A stretch of 64,000 bases of DNA from an uncultured virus (IMG/VR IMGVR_UViG_3300036398_005783) (taxonomy: Duplodnaviria; Heunggongvirae; Uroviricota; Caudoviricetes). Position 1 is the stretch's first letter. Each line of letters begins with the position of its first letter. The stretch lies in the IMG/VR virus record IMGVR_UViG_3300036398_005783. One strand, given 5' to 3'. The notes beneath the pieces are model-generated. The model did not search any database, had not been told where the DNA came from, and saw only the letters and a list, made by a program, of their open reading frames with translations. Below are positions 19,842 to 28,618 of this stretch, piece by piece. Made by a program: the position numbers and the translations under genes.

Positions 19842-20108
19842 TTACATATCAGAAACATCATTATCGTCTATCTTATGGAAATGGTCTATATTAAAACAAT
19901 CTATACAAGCATTGTAACCTTCCACATATCCTTTCTTGAATTCATCTTCTTTGCATACTTCATATCCTCTCTTATATGCCGATTTGTATTCAACATCCTT
20001 AACTGCTTTATATCCTTGGTCATGTGCAATACCAATCATTTTTGAAACATGGTCGGTGTGATAGTATAACTCACCATCTATGGTTATTGCTCGTTTTGGT
20101 TTGTCCAT
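19842..20108 (-). CDS. GYxxG-repeat protein
   Basis: C-terminus near-identical to that of 23000-23845. Confidence 0.7.
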   Translation of the reverse strand: MDKPKRAITIDGELYYHTDHVSKMIGIAHDQGYKAVKDVEYKSAYKRGYEVCKEDEFKKGYVEGYNACIDCFNIDHFHKIDDNDVSDM

Positions 20109-20172
20109 ATTAAATTATTCCTCTTATTTCTATTGGGTCTGTCCAGATAACCTTATCAGGATCTACCGATGG

Positions 20173-20898
20173 TTATTCAACGCCGTCTGTGTCTCTACCG
20201 TATTTTAAGATGCGTTCTGCTACTTCTCTACAATCCTTATATCCAGAAACATATCCCGTAATATACCTTGATCCAAATATAGTTTCGTTCCAAGTTTTTG
20301 AACCCATGTCTTTGGTTGATGGCACAGCAAAATGTTCTACCATTTTTCTCAGTTTTACTTCTCTACAATCATCGTAACCTTCTTTATATCCCTTATGGAA
20401 TGCTTCTTCTATATGAGCAAGGTATTCACCTGGTATTTCTTTATTACTGATACCGTCATCTTTACATTCTTTACAGTAATCATCGTAATCATGGTCATAA
20501 TCAACAGTACTCTGATTGGGATATTCGGGAACGGGCACAGCAATGTAGGGTGAACAGTTTTTCTTACCTGCTTCATATCCTATGCGATACCATTGCTCTT
20601 GTGTACGGACAATGTCACTATCAGTATAACCGTTAGCAACGCCTTCAACTTGGGCTAACTTATATCCTTCAGATTCACCTTCTTTATATCCTTTCATATA
20701 TTCATTACTATTTTGGGCATCAGGTCGTGTCAATCCACTATTAGCCATTGATTTACCATCATCAACACCCATTTCATACCAAGCATTGTGTACCTTTGCC
20801 ATTTTTAATGATGAATAGTATGTAACTCCATTTACTTCAACCATCAGAGGTAAATCTTCTTTTGATATACCCCATTGATTAAATTTCCAATCTTTCAT
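20173..20898 (-). CDS. GYxxG-repeat protein
   Basis: Repeated GYKEG/GYDD; N-terminus similar to 23000-23845. Confidence 0.75.
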   Translation of the reverse strand: MKDWKFNQWGISKEDLPLMVEVNGVTYYSSLKMAKVHNAWYEMGVDDGKSMANSGLTRPDAQNSNEYMKGYKEGESEGYKLAQVEGVANGYTDSDIVRTQEQWYRIGYEAGKKNCSPYIAVPVPEYPNQSTVDYDHDYDDYCKECKDDGISNKEIPGEYLAHIEEAFHKGYKEGYDDCREVKLRKMVEHFAVPSTKDMGSKTWNETIFGSRYITGYVSGYKDCREVAERILKYGRDTDGVE

Positions 20899-20915
20899 AG
20901 TATTTGTTCCTTATC

Positions 20916-21125
20916 TTAAAAGTTTCTTAAATGTTCATTAATGCCGTGTAGTCTTTCTTTTATATAATCTACCGATTCTTTTACGCAAATGGCATCATTA
21001 CCGATATTAAGTTTGGTTAAATCGCCATAGTCAATGGCGTTAATAGTTTGCATATAGTCAATCTTAGCTATATTAATCGATATTTTATTTTCATCCATAT
21101 CGGTTAGATCAATAAAGAATATCAT
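20916..21125 (-). CDS. hypothetical protein (FlbD-like small beta protein)
   Basis: FIDLT...ISIN...I...TKL.IG...VKESVDYI pattern. Confidence 0.5.
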   Translation of the reverse strand: MIFFIDLTDMDENKISINIAKIDYMQTINAIDYGDLTKLNIGNDAICVKESVDYIKERLHGINEHLRNF

Positions 21126-21255
21126 TTTTGGTTATTCCTTATAATTAGAATTTGTTGCATCTTGTTTTCTATAAATGTCAAAAAGTGTCTTCATAATATA
21201 GCATAATTTCTACTTATGTTTAGTAGAAAATAATCTTTTTCAGCACCTAATACTT

Positions 21256-21543
21256 TTAATCTACTACTTCATAAGTAGTTTCAAATATATCAGGTTTGCA
21301 AGGATAATACTCTCCTTGAACACCTTTGATAATCCAATCACCAATTGATGCAATATGTTCGCCTTCTAATGTTTTTATGATTAAGCCACCATTGACTTTA
21401 TTCCAGTCAATATAAAAATTGACTCCTGTGGCTTGAATATACTCTTCATCTTCTCCACCTAAAAAATTGAACATTTCTCTGTGGTTATCTCCAGTCCATT
21501 GCACGGCTTCAATCTCTATTGGTTTTTTTCTGAATTTTGGCAT
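21256..21543 (-). CDS. PGDYG-like phage protein
   Basis: KFRKKPIEIEAVQW...TLEG...GDWIIKGVQGEYYPCKPDIF..TY. Confidence 0.8.
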   Translation of the reverse strand: MPKFRKKPIEIEAVQWTGDNHREMFNFLGGEDEEYIQATGVNFYIDWNKVNGGLIIKTLEGEHIASIGDWIIKGVQGEYYPCKPDIFETTYEVVD

Positions 21544-21582
21544 AGTTTTATTTGGTTAGTTAATTAATTACATAAAATAAAA

Positions 21583-21879
21583 TTAATCCTTTATCTCTTC
21601 CTCAAATACATCTCGTTCTTCTTTAGTATCAAAATATCTCAATACAACTCCTTCTGCTTTACAAATAGCCTCGAAATCGCATATATAACTTGCATCCATC
21701 TCGTCTAAAAGCATTGATCCGTTTTGATAAATGCTATCACAAACTTTACAAGTGCAGGATGTTTTATTTCTCCACACTATTTTACCTATGCGATCATAAA
21801 ACCACTTCTCTCTTTCTGTTATTTCTCTTTTCGTCATTGTATTTCTAAATAGGTAGACAATTGGCTTCAACTTTTTCAT
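21583..21879 (-). CDS. hypothetical protein (start uncertain)
   Basis: ORF with CxCxxC. Confidence 0.6.
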   Translation of the reverse strand: MKKLKPIVYLFRNTMTKREITEREKWFYDRIGKIVWRNKTSCTCKVCDSIYQNGSMLLDEMDASYICDFEAICKAEGVVLRYFDTKEERDVFEEEIKD

Positions 21880-22372
21880 AAGCTATTACATATCCGCCGC
21901 TTCTTTTTTCATCTTTATGGATTAAGTAACAAGCTCTATGTTCTGAAAAGCCAGTGACATAAACAATGTCGCCTTTCTTTTCTTTAGGATTCAAGGGTAT
22001 TTCTATAATTAGTTTCTGTCCTTTTTGAAATTTAGGCTGAGGATTATGTGCAGAAACCCATGTTTCAATAGTTTTTTCTAAAATACGATATTTCTTAAAA
22101 TCAAAATCATCTAAAAACTGAATGAAAGAAGTATCAATATCATAAATGGCTTTGCTTCCAAATCCTTCTAAATATTTAGCAATTTCATATCCGTTATCGT
22201 GAGGAGATATTTTTGAAACATCATGGATAACATCTTCTAAATCACTATCACTCCATCCGTTTTTAATAATTTCTTCAGCAATAGATTTGTAAAATTCCTG
22301 CTTTTGTTTTTCAGTAATTTTTGTCGGCCTAACTTTTGTAAAGGTTTCCGCATCTGAAAATAATTTTTCCAT
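21845..22372 (-). CDS. hypothetical protein
   Basis: 175-aa ORF. Confidence 0.75.
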   Translation of the reverse strand: MEKLFSDAETFTKVRPTKITEKQKQEFYKSIAEEIIKNGWSDSDLEDVIHDVSKISPHDNGYEIAKYLEGFGSKAIYDIDTSFIQFLDDFDFKKYRILEKTIETWVSAHNPQPKFQKGQKLIIEIPLNPKEKKGDIVYVTGFSEHRACYLIHKDEKRSGGYVIAYEKVEANCLPI

Positions 22373-22384
22373 TTTTATATTCGT

Positions 22385-22822
22385 TTAATTATTAATAATG
22401 TTCTTTTTATCAATACTAACCGTAATATATGTTGGGATATATTCAAGAGTAATATCTTCCAACTTGATTTTAGAAACATCTTCGATAGAGTTATTTTTAG
22501 CAATTTCAATAAACTTATTCATAATGTCCAAGTCTGTATCACCATCGTTTATTTCAACAACTGCTCGAAAATCATTATAGCCAACTAATGCACTCATAAC
22601 TAAACAATCTTCTGAAAGTGTTTTTAATATAGAAATAACCTCAACCCATTGATTGCTATCTATATTCATCGATTCGTCAGTTTGACCAATATCAGCAAAG
22701 TTCTTGCATAATTCCGCTAAACCAATAGCTCCCATTATATTTGCTTTCTTTGATAATAACCCATTATATGGGTGATGGTCTGATGATTTTATCATCAACT
22801 CTACTATTTCATTCGTTTCCAT
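22385..22822 (-). CDS. hypothetical protein
   Basis: ORF downstream of tRNA-like element 5. Confidence 0.7.
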   Translation of the reverse strand: METNEIVELMIKSSDHHPYNGLLSKKANIMGAIGLAELCKNFADIGQTDESMNIDSNQWVEVISILKTLSEDCLVMSALVGYNDFRAVVEINDGDTDLDIMNKFIEIAKNNSIEDVSKIKLEDITLEYIPTYITVSIDKKNIINN

Positions 22823-22857
22823 AACTTGTAATCCTATGGGTATATTAATTTAAAGTG

Positions 22858-22937
22858 TAGTCAGGAACATGATTTGAACCTGTATCTCTTGTGAGCATAT
22901 TTATGGAGGCGTATGTTACCATTATCACCACCTGACT
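22858..22937 (-). ncRNA. tRNA-like element 5 (80 nt, degenerate)
   Basis: AGTCAGG/CCTGACT-ACA, D-like GTGATAATGGTAACAT, T loop GGTTCAAATC; TATATTTG promoter element just upstream. Confidence 0.55.
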
Positions 22938-22999
22938 TTTCTTTGTTAATTGCAAATATACATTAGTTTTGTATTAAATCATAGCATTATTTATTATTA

Positions 23000-23845
23000 T
23001 TACATATCAGAAACATCATTATCATCTATTTTATGCTCATAATCTATATTAAAACAATCTATACAAGCATTGTAACCTTCAACATATCCTCTCTTAAATT
23101 CTTCGTCTTTGCATACTTCATATCCTCGTTTGAATGCTTCTTCAAGTGGTTTTTTTCTGCTTATCGGTTTAACTATTTCAGCAACCATTCTATCCATACC
23201 TTGTTTATATCCTCTGAAGAATGCCTCGCAAAGTTCGTTTTTATCTTCTTTCAATTTCTCTTTCGATTCTACTACAACATCTGAATTATCGGTGGAATCT
23301 TTAGAATTGCTTAATTTACCATCAGCAAAACCTTCCTTATATCCTTCATCATTTCCTTCTACCTTACCATTAGCAAAACCTTGTTCATACCATTCTTTTT
23401 TCAGTTCATACAATTCTTCATCATCATAATAATGGTCATTTGGTTGAGGTTCTTTCTTAGCGGCTTTCCATCCAATATCATGACCTTCTGAAAAACCTCT
23501 TCCGTAACCTTTTCCAAAACCATCGCATTCGCCTTGTTTATATCCTTCATCATAACCTTTCTTCTTACCAGCAAAATATCCATCTTGGTATGCGGTATAT
23601 CCATCACCATATTTCAGGGCATCATTGATGATACTTTCATATCTATCAGGTGATGATGGTTCTGAAATTACTTCATTTCTGCATAGTTCCAATCCTACTT
23701 TGGATAATTCCATATTTATTTTGGATAGGTTTTGTGATGAATCAAATAGTTTTGATGAGAAATATTCTATACCATTTATCGTAATTGATAATGGTAACTC
23801 TTCATTTGATTTTGAGTTGAAATCTAATGTCATTGTATTTTCCAT
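23000..23845 (-). CDS. GYxxG-repeat protein
   Basis: Long GYxxG arrays. Confidence 0.78.
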   Translation of the reverse strand: MENTMTLDFNSKSNEELPLSITINGIEYFSSKLFDSSQNLSKINMELSKVGLELCRNEVISEPSSPDRYESIINDALKYGDGYTAYQDGYFAGKKKGYDEGYKQGECDGFGKGYGRGFSEGHDIGWKAAKKEPQPNDHYYDDEELYELKKEWYEQGFANGKVEGNDEGYKEGFADGKLSNSKDSTDNSDVVVESKEKLKEDKNELCEAFFRGYKQGMDRMVAEIVKPISRKKPLEEAFKRGYEVCKDEEFKRGYVEGYNACIDCFNIDYEHKIDDNDVSDM

Positions 23846-23880
23846 GTTTGTAAGATTTAATAGTGAATATAGAGATAATA

Positions 23881-24192
23881 TTACGATTCAAATTTCAATT
23901 TAAGTTTTTCATATTTCTTTCGTTCTCTTTCTTCTTTTTTCTGAATAGCCAATAATTTCTTTTGTTCATCAGCTATTCTCTCATTGTATTCATCATCATT
24001 TTCTAATCTCATTCCCATAACAATAAGTTCAGCAAATTCATTATAATATTCCATTTCAAGATGGAGGTTTGTCCAACCTTCTCGCTCTAACTTATCTTTT
24101 TGTTCTAAAAGAATTTGAGCCGCTTTTTCAAAAGAAGTCAGAAACATATCTGTATTAATGTTTACTTGACTTAAAACTCGCTTTCTTTCCAT
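23881..24192 (-). CDS. hypothetical protein
   Basis: ORF preceded by the half-site leader repeat. Confidence 0.7.
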   Translation of the reverse strand: MERKRVLSQVNINTDMFLTSFEKAAQILLEQKDKLEREGWTNLHLEMEYYNEFAELIVMGMRLENDDEYNERIADEQKKLLAIQKKEERERKKYEKLKLKFES

Positions 24193-24201
24193 AACTAAAT
24201 T

Positions 24202-24270
24202 CCATCGGTAACTAAAATAATAATTGTAATTGTGTATTGACGAAGGTTTATATCGTGTATCAGAGAGTTA
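24202..24270 (+). repeat. about 68-bp half-site/leader repeat ending in G-TTA
   Basis: CCATCGGTAACTAAAATAA...GTATTGACGAAG(G/T)TTTATATCGTGTAT-N5-AGTTA; copies at about 27499, 28541 and 29051; partial copies at 17958, 27256 and 29520. Confidence 0.85.
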
Positions 24271-24279
24271 GTGGCAATT

Positions 24280-24564
24280 TTACTCACCACTCCGAAAGAC
24301 ATCAGCGTTGAAATATTTAGCCAAGTTTTCAACCTCTTGCTTAAATTCTTCTTCATCACGCATTGTCTTGCATAATAACATCTCTATCACTCCATCAACT
24401 TTTCTGCTCAAACAATAAGCAAGAGCATCTTTGTCGTATGTATCAACGCCCATTGCATAATACGGTTGTTTAATGGTAGCTTTCTCCAACAATGATTTGT
24501 CGAAGAAAAAACTGCCACTAACATCGGTTTGGCAAGATTGGGGCTTTTGTGGTAAATTGTTCAT
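24280..24564 (-). CDS. hypothetical cassette protein
   Basis: ATG lies in the attC loop; first about 18 aa encoded by the attC arm. Confidence 0.7.
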   Translation of the reverse strand: MNNLPQKPQSCQTDVSGSFFFDKSLLEKATIKQPYYAMGVDTYDKDALAYCLSRKVDGVIEMLLCKTMRDEEEFKQEVENLAKYFNADVFRSGE

Positions 24565-24654
24565 TTGTATTTCTATTTAAAATTTGTACTAAAATTGAGC
24601 GATTGTACTTCTAAGTCCCCAACCTCGCCAAGCCGAGAACCGTTAGCACCAATA

Positions 24655-24897
24655 CTAAGAAAGGTACTCCGCTTCAATATACTTTATCATATCAGGCTGG
24701 CATTTGTCCGTATCAGGCAAGCCATTTACAGCAAATCTATGTCTGTATCTCAACCCCCTAATAGTGTGATAGCTTTCAAACAGTTCACCATCTTCAATCC
24801 AAAAATGGCTATGCCTTCTATCTCGTGAAAGAAGTACTGGTGCTAACACATTATTTGCGTCAGTGGGGTTTTCGTTTTTCAAATTATCTTTCTGCAT
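24655..24897 (-). CDS. hypothetical cassette protein
   Basis: ATG lies in the attC loop. Confidence 0.65.
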   Translation of the reverse strand: MQKDNLKNENPTDANNVLAPVLLSRDRRHSHFWIEDGELFESYHTIRGLRYRHRFAVNGLPDTDKCQPDMIKYIEAEYLS

Positions 24898-24968
24898 ATT
24901 ATTAAAGTTTTGTTTTTAAAATGAAGTTCAGTGGCTTAAATCCCCACCGAACGCAAATAATCGGCACG

Positions 24969-25682
24969 TTACCCGCAATTTTGGGGCGACACGTTCCAAA
25001 TCAAATTTTGTTCTTCGACATTTATACAGAACTGCCCAGTTGGAAAATCTGAACGAACATATTTTGCCAAAAAATCAACTTTTCCTTTTCGCTCAACACG
25101 ATAAACAATTCCTTCGGGGTTTTCTTCGCTCTCAAAGCCTTTTGTTTTCAAATTTAAAATTGGCAATAGTTCATTTACTGTTATTGGTTCGCCTTCACTC
25201 AGTAATCTTGGCATAGTTAAGCCGTATTTGCCTGTAATTTGTCGCAAATCAGTTTGTAATAGTCTTTCATTTTTCTGTGTAAAATAATCGAAAAATAAAA
25301 TAGGGTCGCTTTCAATTTTGTATTTAAGTCCATGAGCTTGTAAAAGCCATTCGCCTGTTATCCTTTCTCCTTCGCCAAGCATTTCAGCAAATAGTTTTTC
25401 ATTACTGTAAACACAATCACTAAAATAGTGGTGTTGTTTATATTGGCTTGTTTTTGCTTCATAACCCGAACGAGTTAAAGCAAATATTTTACCATTCATT
25501 TTACCTATGCCAATATTTGAACCATCGTATTTTTCATACGCAAATATGGTATCGTGTTTATCTCGTTTTTTCTCGGTCAATATTCGCTCCATGCCTTTTT
25601 CAACATAGTAATCGCCTTCACCTAATTTAGAGTTTGAAAGGTGTGGAATTGAACCGTAATTTTTTCTTTCTGTTGGTTTCAT
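24969..25682 (-). CDS. RNA ligase family (Rnl2-like) nucleotidyltransferase
   Basis: Motif I EKYDGSN, ITGEW, FFD, EGIVYR, LAKYV. Confidence 0.8.
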   Translation of the reverse strand: MKPTERKNYGSIPHLSNSKLGEGDYYVEKGMERILTEKKRDKHDTIFAYEKYDGSNIGIGKMNGKIFALTRSGYEAKTSQYKQHHYFSDCVYSNEKLFAEMLGEGERITGEWLLQAHGLKYKIESDPILFFDYFTQKNERLLQTDLRQITGKYGLTMPRLLSEGEPITVNELLPILNLKTKGFESEENPEGIVYRVERKGKVDFLAKYVRSDFPTGQFCINVEEQNLIWNVSPQNCG

Positions 25683-25802
25683 ATTTCAAATTTAATGATT
25701 AAAAAAAACTGCGGGTAACACGGGTTTGGCAAAATGGCTTTCCGACACACAAGCCAACGCACAAAAGCCACTTCGCCAATCCCGATACCGTTATAACCAA
25801 TG

Positions 25803-26060
25803 CTACCAAAGCATCGCATATTCATAACCGAAATTAGTTACACCATCAGTTATGATATATTTCCAATCTACCTCCATCCCTTCTAATTTGTCAGGAGTTG
25901 TATTGAATTTCGCTAACAAAAGCGAAACGGCTAATTGCTCATTTTTATCTTCCAGCTCATAAATTGGCAATCCTGATGAACCAGCACTAATAACAAACCA
26001 CTTACCATTAACTTTGCTAAGTTTGCCTTTCTTTGTTTCTGTTGTAATCTTTGGCATCAT
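25803..26060 (-). CDS. hypothetical protein
   Basis: ORF ending next to the core GTTATAACC. Confidence 0.6.
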   Translation of the reverse strand: MMPKITTETKKGKLSKVNGKWFVISAGSSGLPIYELEDKNEQLAVSLLLAKFNTTPDKLEGMEVDWKYIITDGVTNFGYEYAMLW

Positions 26061-26200
26061 AGTAATTCACCATAAAATTCTTTCATCAACCACTCCACCG
26101 CTGTTTGCTTACTCATGGTCGCCTCCATGAAGTTGGTTTTCTACATATCCAAAAAACAAAAGCTATCACAAATAATGTGAAAAAACATTTTACAATTGTT

Positions 26201-26482
26201 TCAATCATGGTCGCCTCCGTAGGTTGCTTGGTAATATACTTTGCATTCTGGTGTATTATATGGCTGTAAGAAATAAAGCTTACTAAAATTTTCACCTTCA
26301 TTGAAGGCATCCTCAATTTGCTTCTTTTCCATACGGAGCGCACTCTTTACTAACCATCTCAAACGGTTTACTTCAATCATATGGTAACGCTCAATAAATT
26401 CAGTGCCTCTATACAAATCATTCGTTTTACTGATTTCGTTGATATTGTATATCAACCACTCTACCGCCGTTTGCTTACTCAT
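26201..26482 (-). CDS. MSKQTAVEWL...YGGDH family protein
   Basis: Family motif. Confidence 0.75.
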   Translation of the reverse strand: MSKQTAVEWLIYNINEISKTNDLYRGTEFIERYHMIEVNRLRWLVKSALRMEKKQIEDAFNEGENFSKLYFLQPYNTPECKVYYQATYGGDHD

Positions 26483-26681
26483 CTATATACTCCTGATACG
26501 GGTCTCTTAAATTGCGAATCTTCACTTGTTCGCGTTCATGTATTGTCATTTTGGCTATGCTGTACATTTCTTTCTCAAAGCGATCATAAGCCCACTCTCT
26601 GACATCCTCTTCGGATAGCGAGTAGTCAAGGAGCACATCGTCTTCGTCAAATGCGCCCCAGACTTCGAAGGTGTTACTCAT
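26475..26681 (-). CDS. hypothetical acidic protein
   Basis: MSNTFEVWG start after GGAG; overlaps its neighbours. Confidence 0.65.
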   Translation of the reverse strand: MSNTFEVWGAFDEDDVLLDYSLSEEDVREWAYDRFEKEMYSIAKMTIHEREQVKIRNLRDPYQEYIDE

Positions 26682-26962
26682 AACATACTCCAAATACAAT
26701 AAAAACACCATACCCAAAAAGCAACGATTACAAAACCCAATAAGATAATTATATGCCATGATGCAATTTTGTAAAGCCAGTATTCTAATGTTGCGTTATC
26801 AGAAGCTTCAATGCCAAGTGCTTTCCAATAGGTTTCGTTAATTTGCTCTTTCTCAATTTGCTTAGCTTGGTGAATAAGTCCGTCCCATTTTGCATGCTCT
26901 TCGTAATTCCAATGGCTTGCAAAACACTTCTCCAACCACTCTACTGCGGTTTGCTTACTCAT
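26678..26962 (-). CDS. MSKQTAVEWL family protein with C-terminal hydrophobic segment
   Basis: First about 40 aa near-identical to 27053-27247; GGAGG RBS. Confidence 0.7.
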   Translation of the reverse strand: MSKQTAVEWLEKCFASHWNYEEHAKWDGLIHQAKQIEKEQINETYWKALGIEASDNATLEYWLYKIASWHIIILLGFVIVAFWVWCFYCIWSML

Positions 26963-27052
26963 GGTTGCCTCCATAAAAAATAAAATGCTCCAGTTATACA
27001 TATAACGAAAATACTAATCAATACAATGTCTACGATATTAAATACAGGTCGC

Positions 27053-27247
27053 TTACTCATGGTCGCCTCCGTAGGTTTTTGGTGGTATTGGTAAATGATG
27101 AGAGCCTGCAATATATGCCTTTGTAGTCTGCTCTTTTTCCATTTGCTTTGCTTGTTGGATTAGTCCATCCCATTTTGCATGCTCTTCGTAATTCCAATGG
27201 CTTGCAAAACACTTCTCTAACCACTCTACTGCGGTTTGCTTACTCAT
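27053..27247 (-). CDS. MSKQTAVEWL...YGGDHE family protein
   Basis: Family motif. Confidence 0.75.
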   Translation of the reverse strand: MSKQTAVEWLEKCFASHWNYEEHAKWDGLIQQAKQMEKEQTTKAYIAGSHHLPIPPKTYGGDHE

Positions 27248-27278
27248 AACTGAATCCTAACGGTAACTAAAATAATGC

Positions 27279-27491
27279 TTACATTACATACCAATTAAAT
27301 ACTATATTAACCATCAATGAAATCAATAACAATATGTTTCCCAATATGGCTTCACTCTTATAGATATAGTATGCTCCTGCAATGAGACATACCAAACCTG
27401 TAATAACATTCCACCCACTTGTTGCAGGCACAATATAGAATACGGTCAATGTTGCTATGGCCAATCCATAACCAATGAGTTTGTGTTTCAT
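27279..27491 (-). CDS. small membrane protein
   Basis: Three hydrophobic segments. Confidence 0.7.
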   Translation of the reverse strand: MKHKLIGYGLAIATLTVFYIVPATSGWNVITGLVCLIAGAYYIYKSEAILGNILLLISLMVNIVFNWYVM

Positions 27492-27598
27492 AAGGATTCC
27501 ATCGGTAACTAAAATAAAAATACTGTAATTTTGTATTGACGAAGTTTTATATCGTGTATAAGTGAGTTAGTTTCAATATCAAAAATTTTATGAGTTTA

Positions 27599-27808
27599 TT
27601 ATTTTACTTCACGTTTCTTAACAATGAAATGAAGACCACACCAACCACTTTTTCTCTCATCTTCTGTTGTCTGTTCCTTCCATAATTTATCAGCCTCTTT
27701 ATCTGCCATATCTTTATCAAAAAATAATAATCCTGTTGAATACTCTACATTAGGTGATTCAACTAAACCGAATCCCACTACTTTTACTATTTCAAATATA
27801 TTTTTCAT
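27599..27808 (-). CDS. hypothetical cassette protein
   Basis: Between core GTTAG (27566) and the attC-like site at 27841. Confidence 0.65.
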   Translation of the reverse strand: MKNIFEIVKVVGFGLVESPNVEYSTGLLFFDKDMADKEADKLWKEQTTEDERKSGWCGLHFIVKKREVK

Positions 27809-27840
27809 ATTTATATTTTTTTAATTAACTAAAAACCTAC

Positions 27841-27894
27841 ACATAACAAATGATAAACAACATTAAAACGATTGTTTATCATTGGACGTTATAA
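27841..27894 (+). repeat. short attC-like site
   Basis: ACATAAC-A-AATGATAAACAA ... TTGTTTATCATT-GGAC-GTTATAA. Confidence 0.7.
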
Positions 27895-27908
27895 ACAATA
27901 AAAAATTA

Positions 27909-28139
27909 TTATTGTTCTTTATCTACAATAAACCAATTTCCGTTAAAAATATTGAGTTCTCCAATAGCATTTTTTTGATTAATTATTTCATACCAGTTTG
28001 TTGGTAGGTTATCTATGATTTCAATCTCAAACTCAATATTTTCTTTATTGAGCATTAGTACTTTGTAGTTACCAAAATCGTAATTATACAATAGTGTTCC
28101 AATCTCCAATTGGTTTATTGTTTCTAATTTCTGCTTCAT
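27909..28139 (-). CDS. hypothetical cassette protein
   Basis: Bounded by GTTATAAACA (27888) and TGTTTATAAC (28151). Confidence 0.65.
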   Translation of the reverse strand: MKQKLETINQLEIGTLLYNYDFGNYKVLMLNKENIEFEIEIIDNLPTNWYEIINQKNAIGELNIFNGNWFIVDKEQ

Positions 28140-28244
28140 AATTTTTTACATGTTTATAACAAGGTATATGTGAAATACCTTATAAAGTTATACTAATAAT
28201 TTAAGTTTTGTGGTGAGGTACTTCACAAATAAACGAGTTGTGTG

Positions 28245-28472
28245 TCATTTTAGACGAGCATGCCATTTCAATCTATCATCACTACCAATTTCAACCAATT
28301 CAAATTTAACCGTTCTGTTTTCTAAGATAGCCCAAGGATGAAAATTAAAACTCAAAAGGTCTATTGGTAATTCACCATTTCTATTACCAATTAAATTTGA
28401 ATTATCACATTTTACAACCCAATATGGTGTTGTGTTGAAATTGGTTGATTGAATTAAATTTCCTGTTTCCAT
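28245..28472 (-). CDS. hypothetical cassette protein
   Basis: Bounded by GTTGTGTGT (28237) and ATACATAAC (28491), an imperfect match. Confidence 0.65.
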   Translation of the reverse strand: METGNLIQSTNFNTTPYWVVKCDNSNLIGNRNGELPIDLLSFNFHPWAILENRTVKFELVEIGSDDRLKWHARLK

Positions 28473-28618
28473 ATTTTATTTAATTTACATATACATAACA
28501 ACAAATATAAGGAATTATTCGCTAAGATCAAAGCACTTTTCCATCGGTAACTAAAATAAAAATTGTAATTGTGTATTGACGAAGGTTTATATCGTGTATA
28601 AGTGAGTTATATGAAATG

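Larger units (their letters stand above)
24267..25799 (+). mobile_element. three consecutive integron-like cassettes
   Basis: End pairs GTTAGTGGCA/TGCCACTAAC, GTTAGCACCA/TGGTGCTAAC and GTTACCCGCA/TGCGGGTAAC, each followed by an attC-like hairpin (24516-24648, 24841-24974, 25713-25796). Confidence 0.75.
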
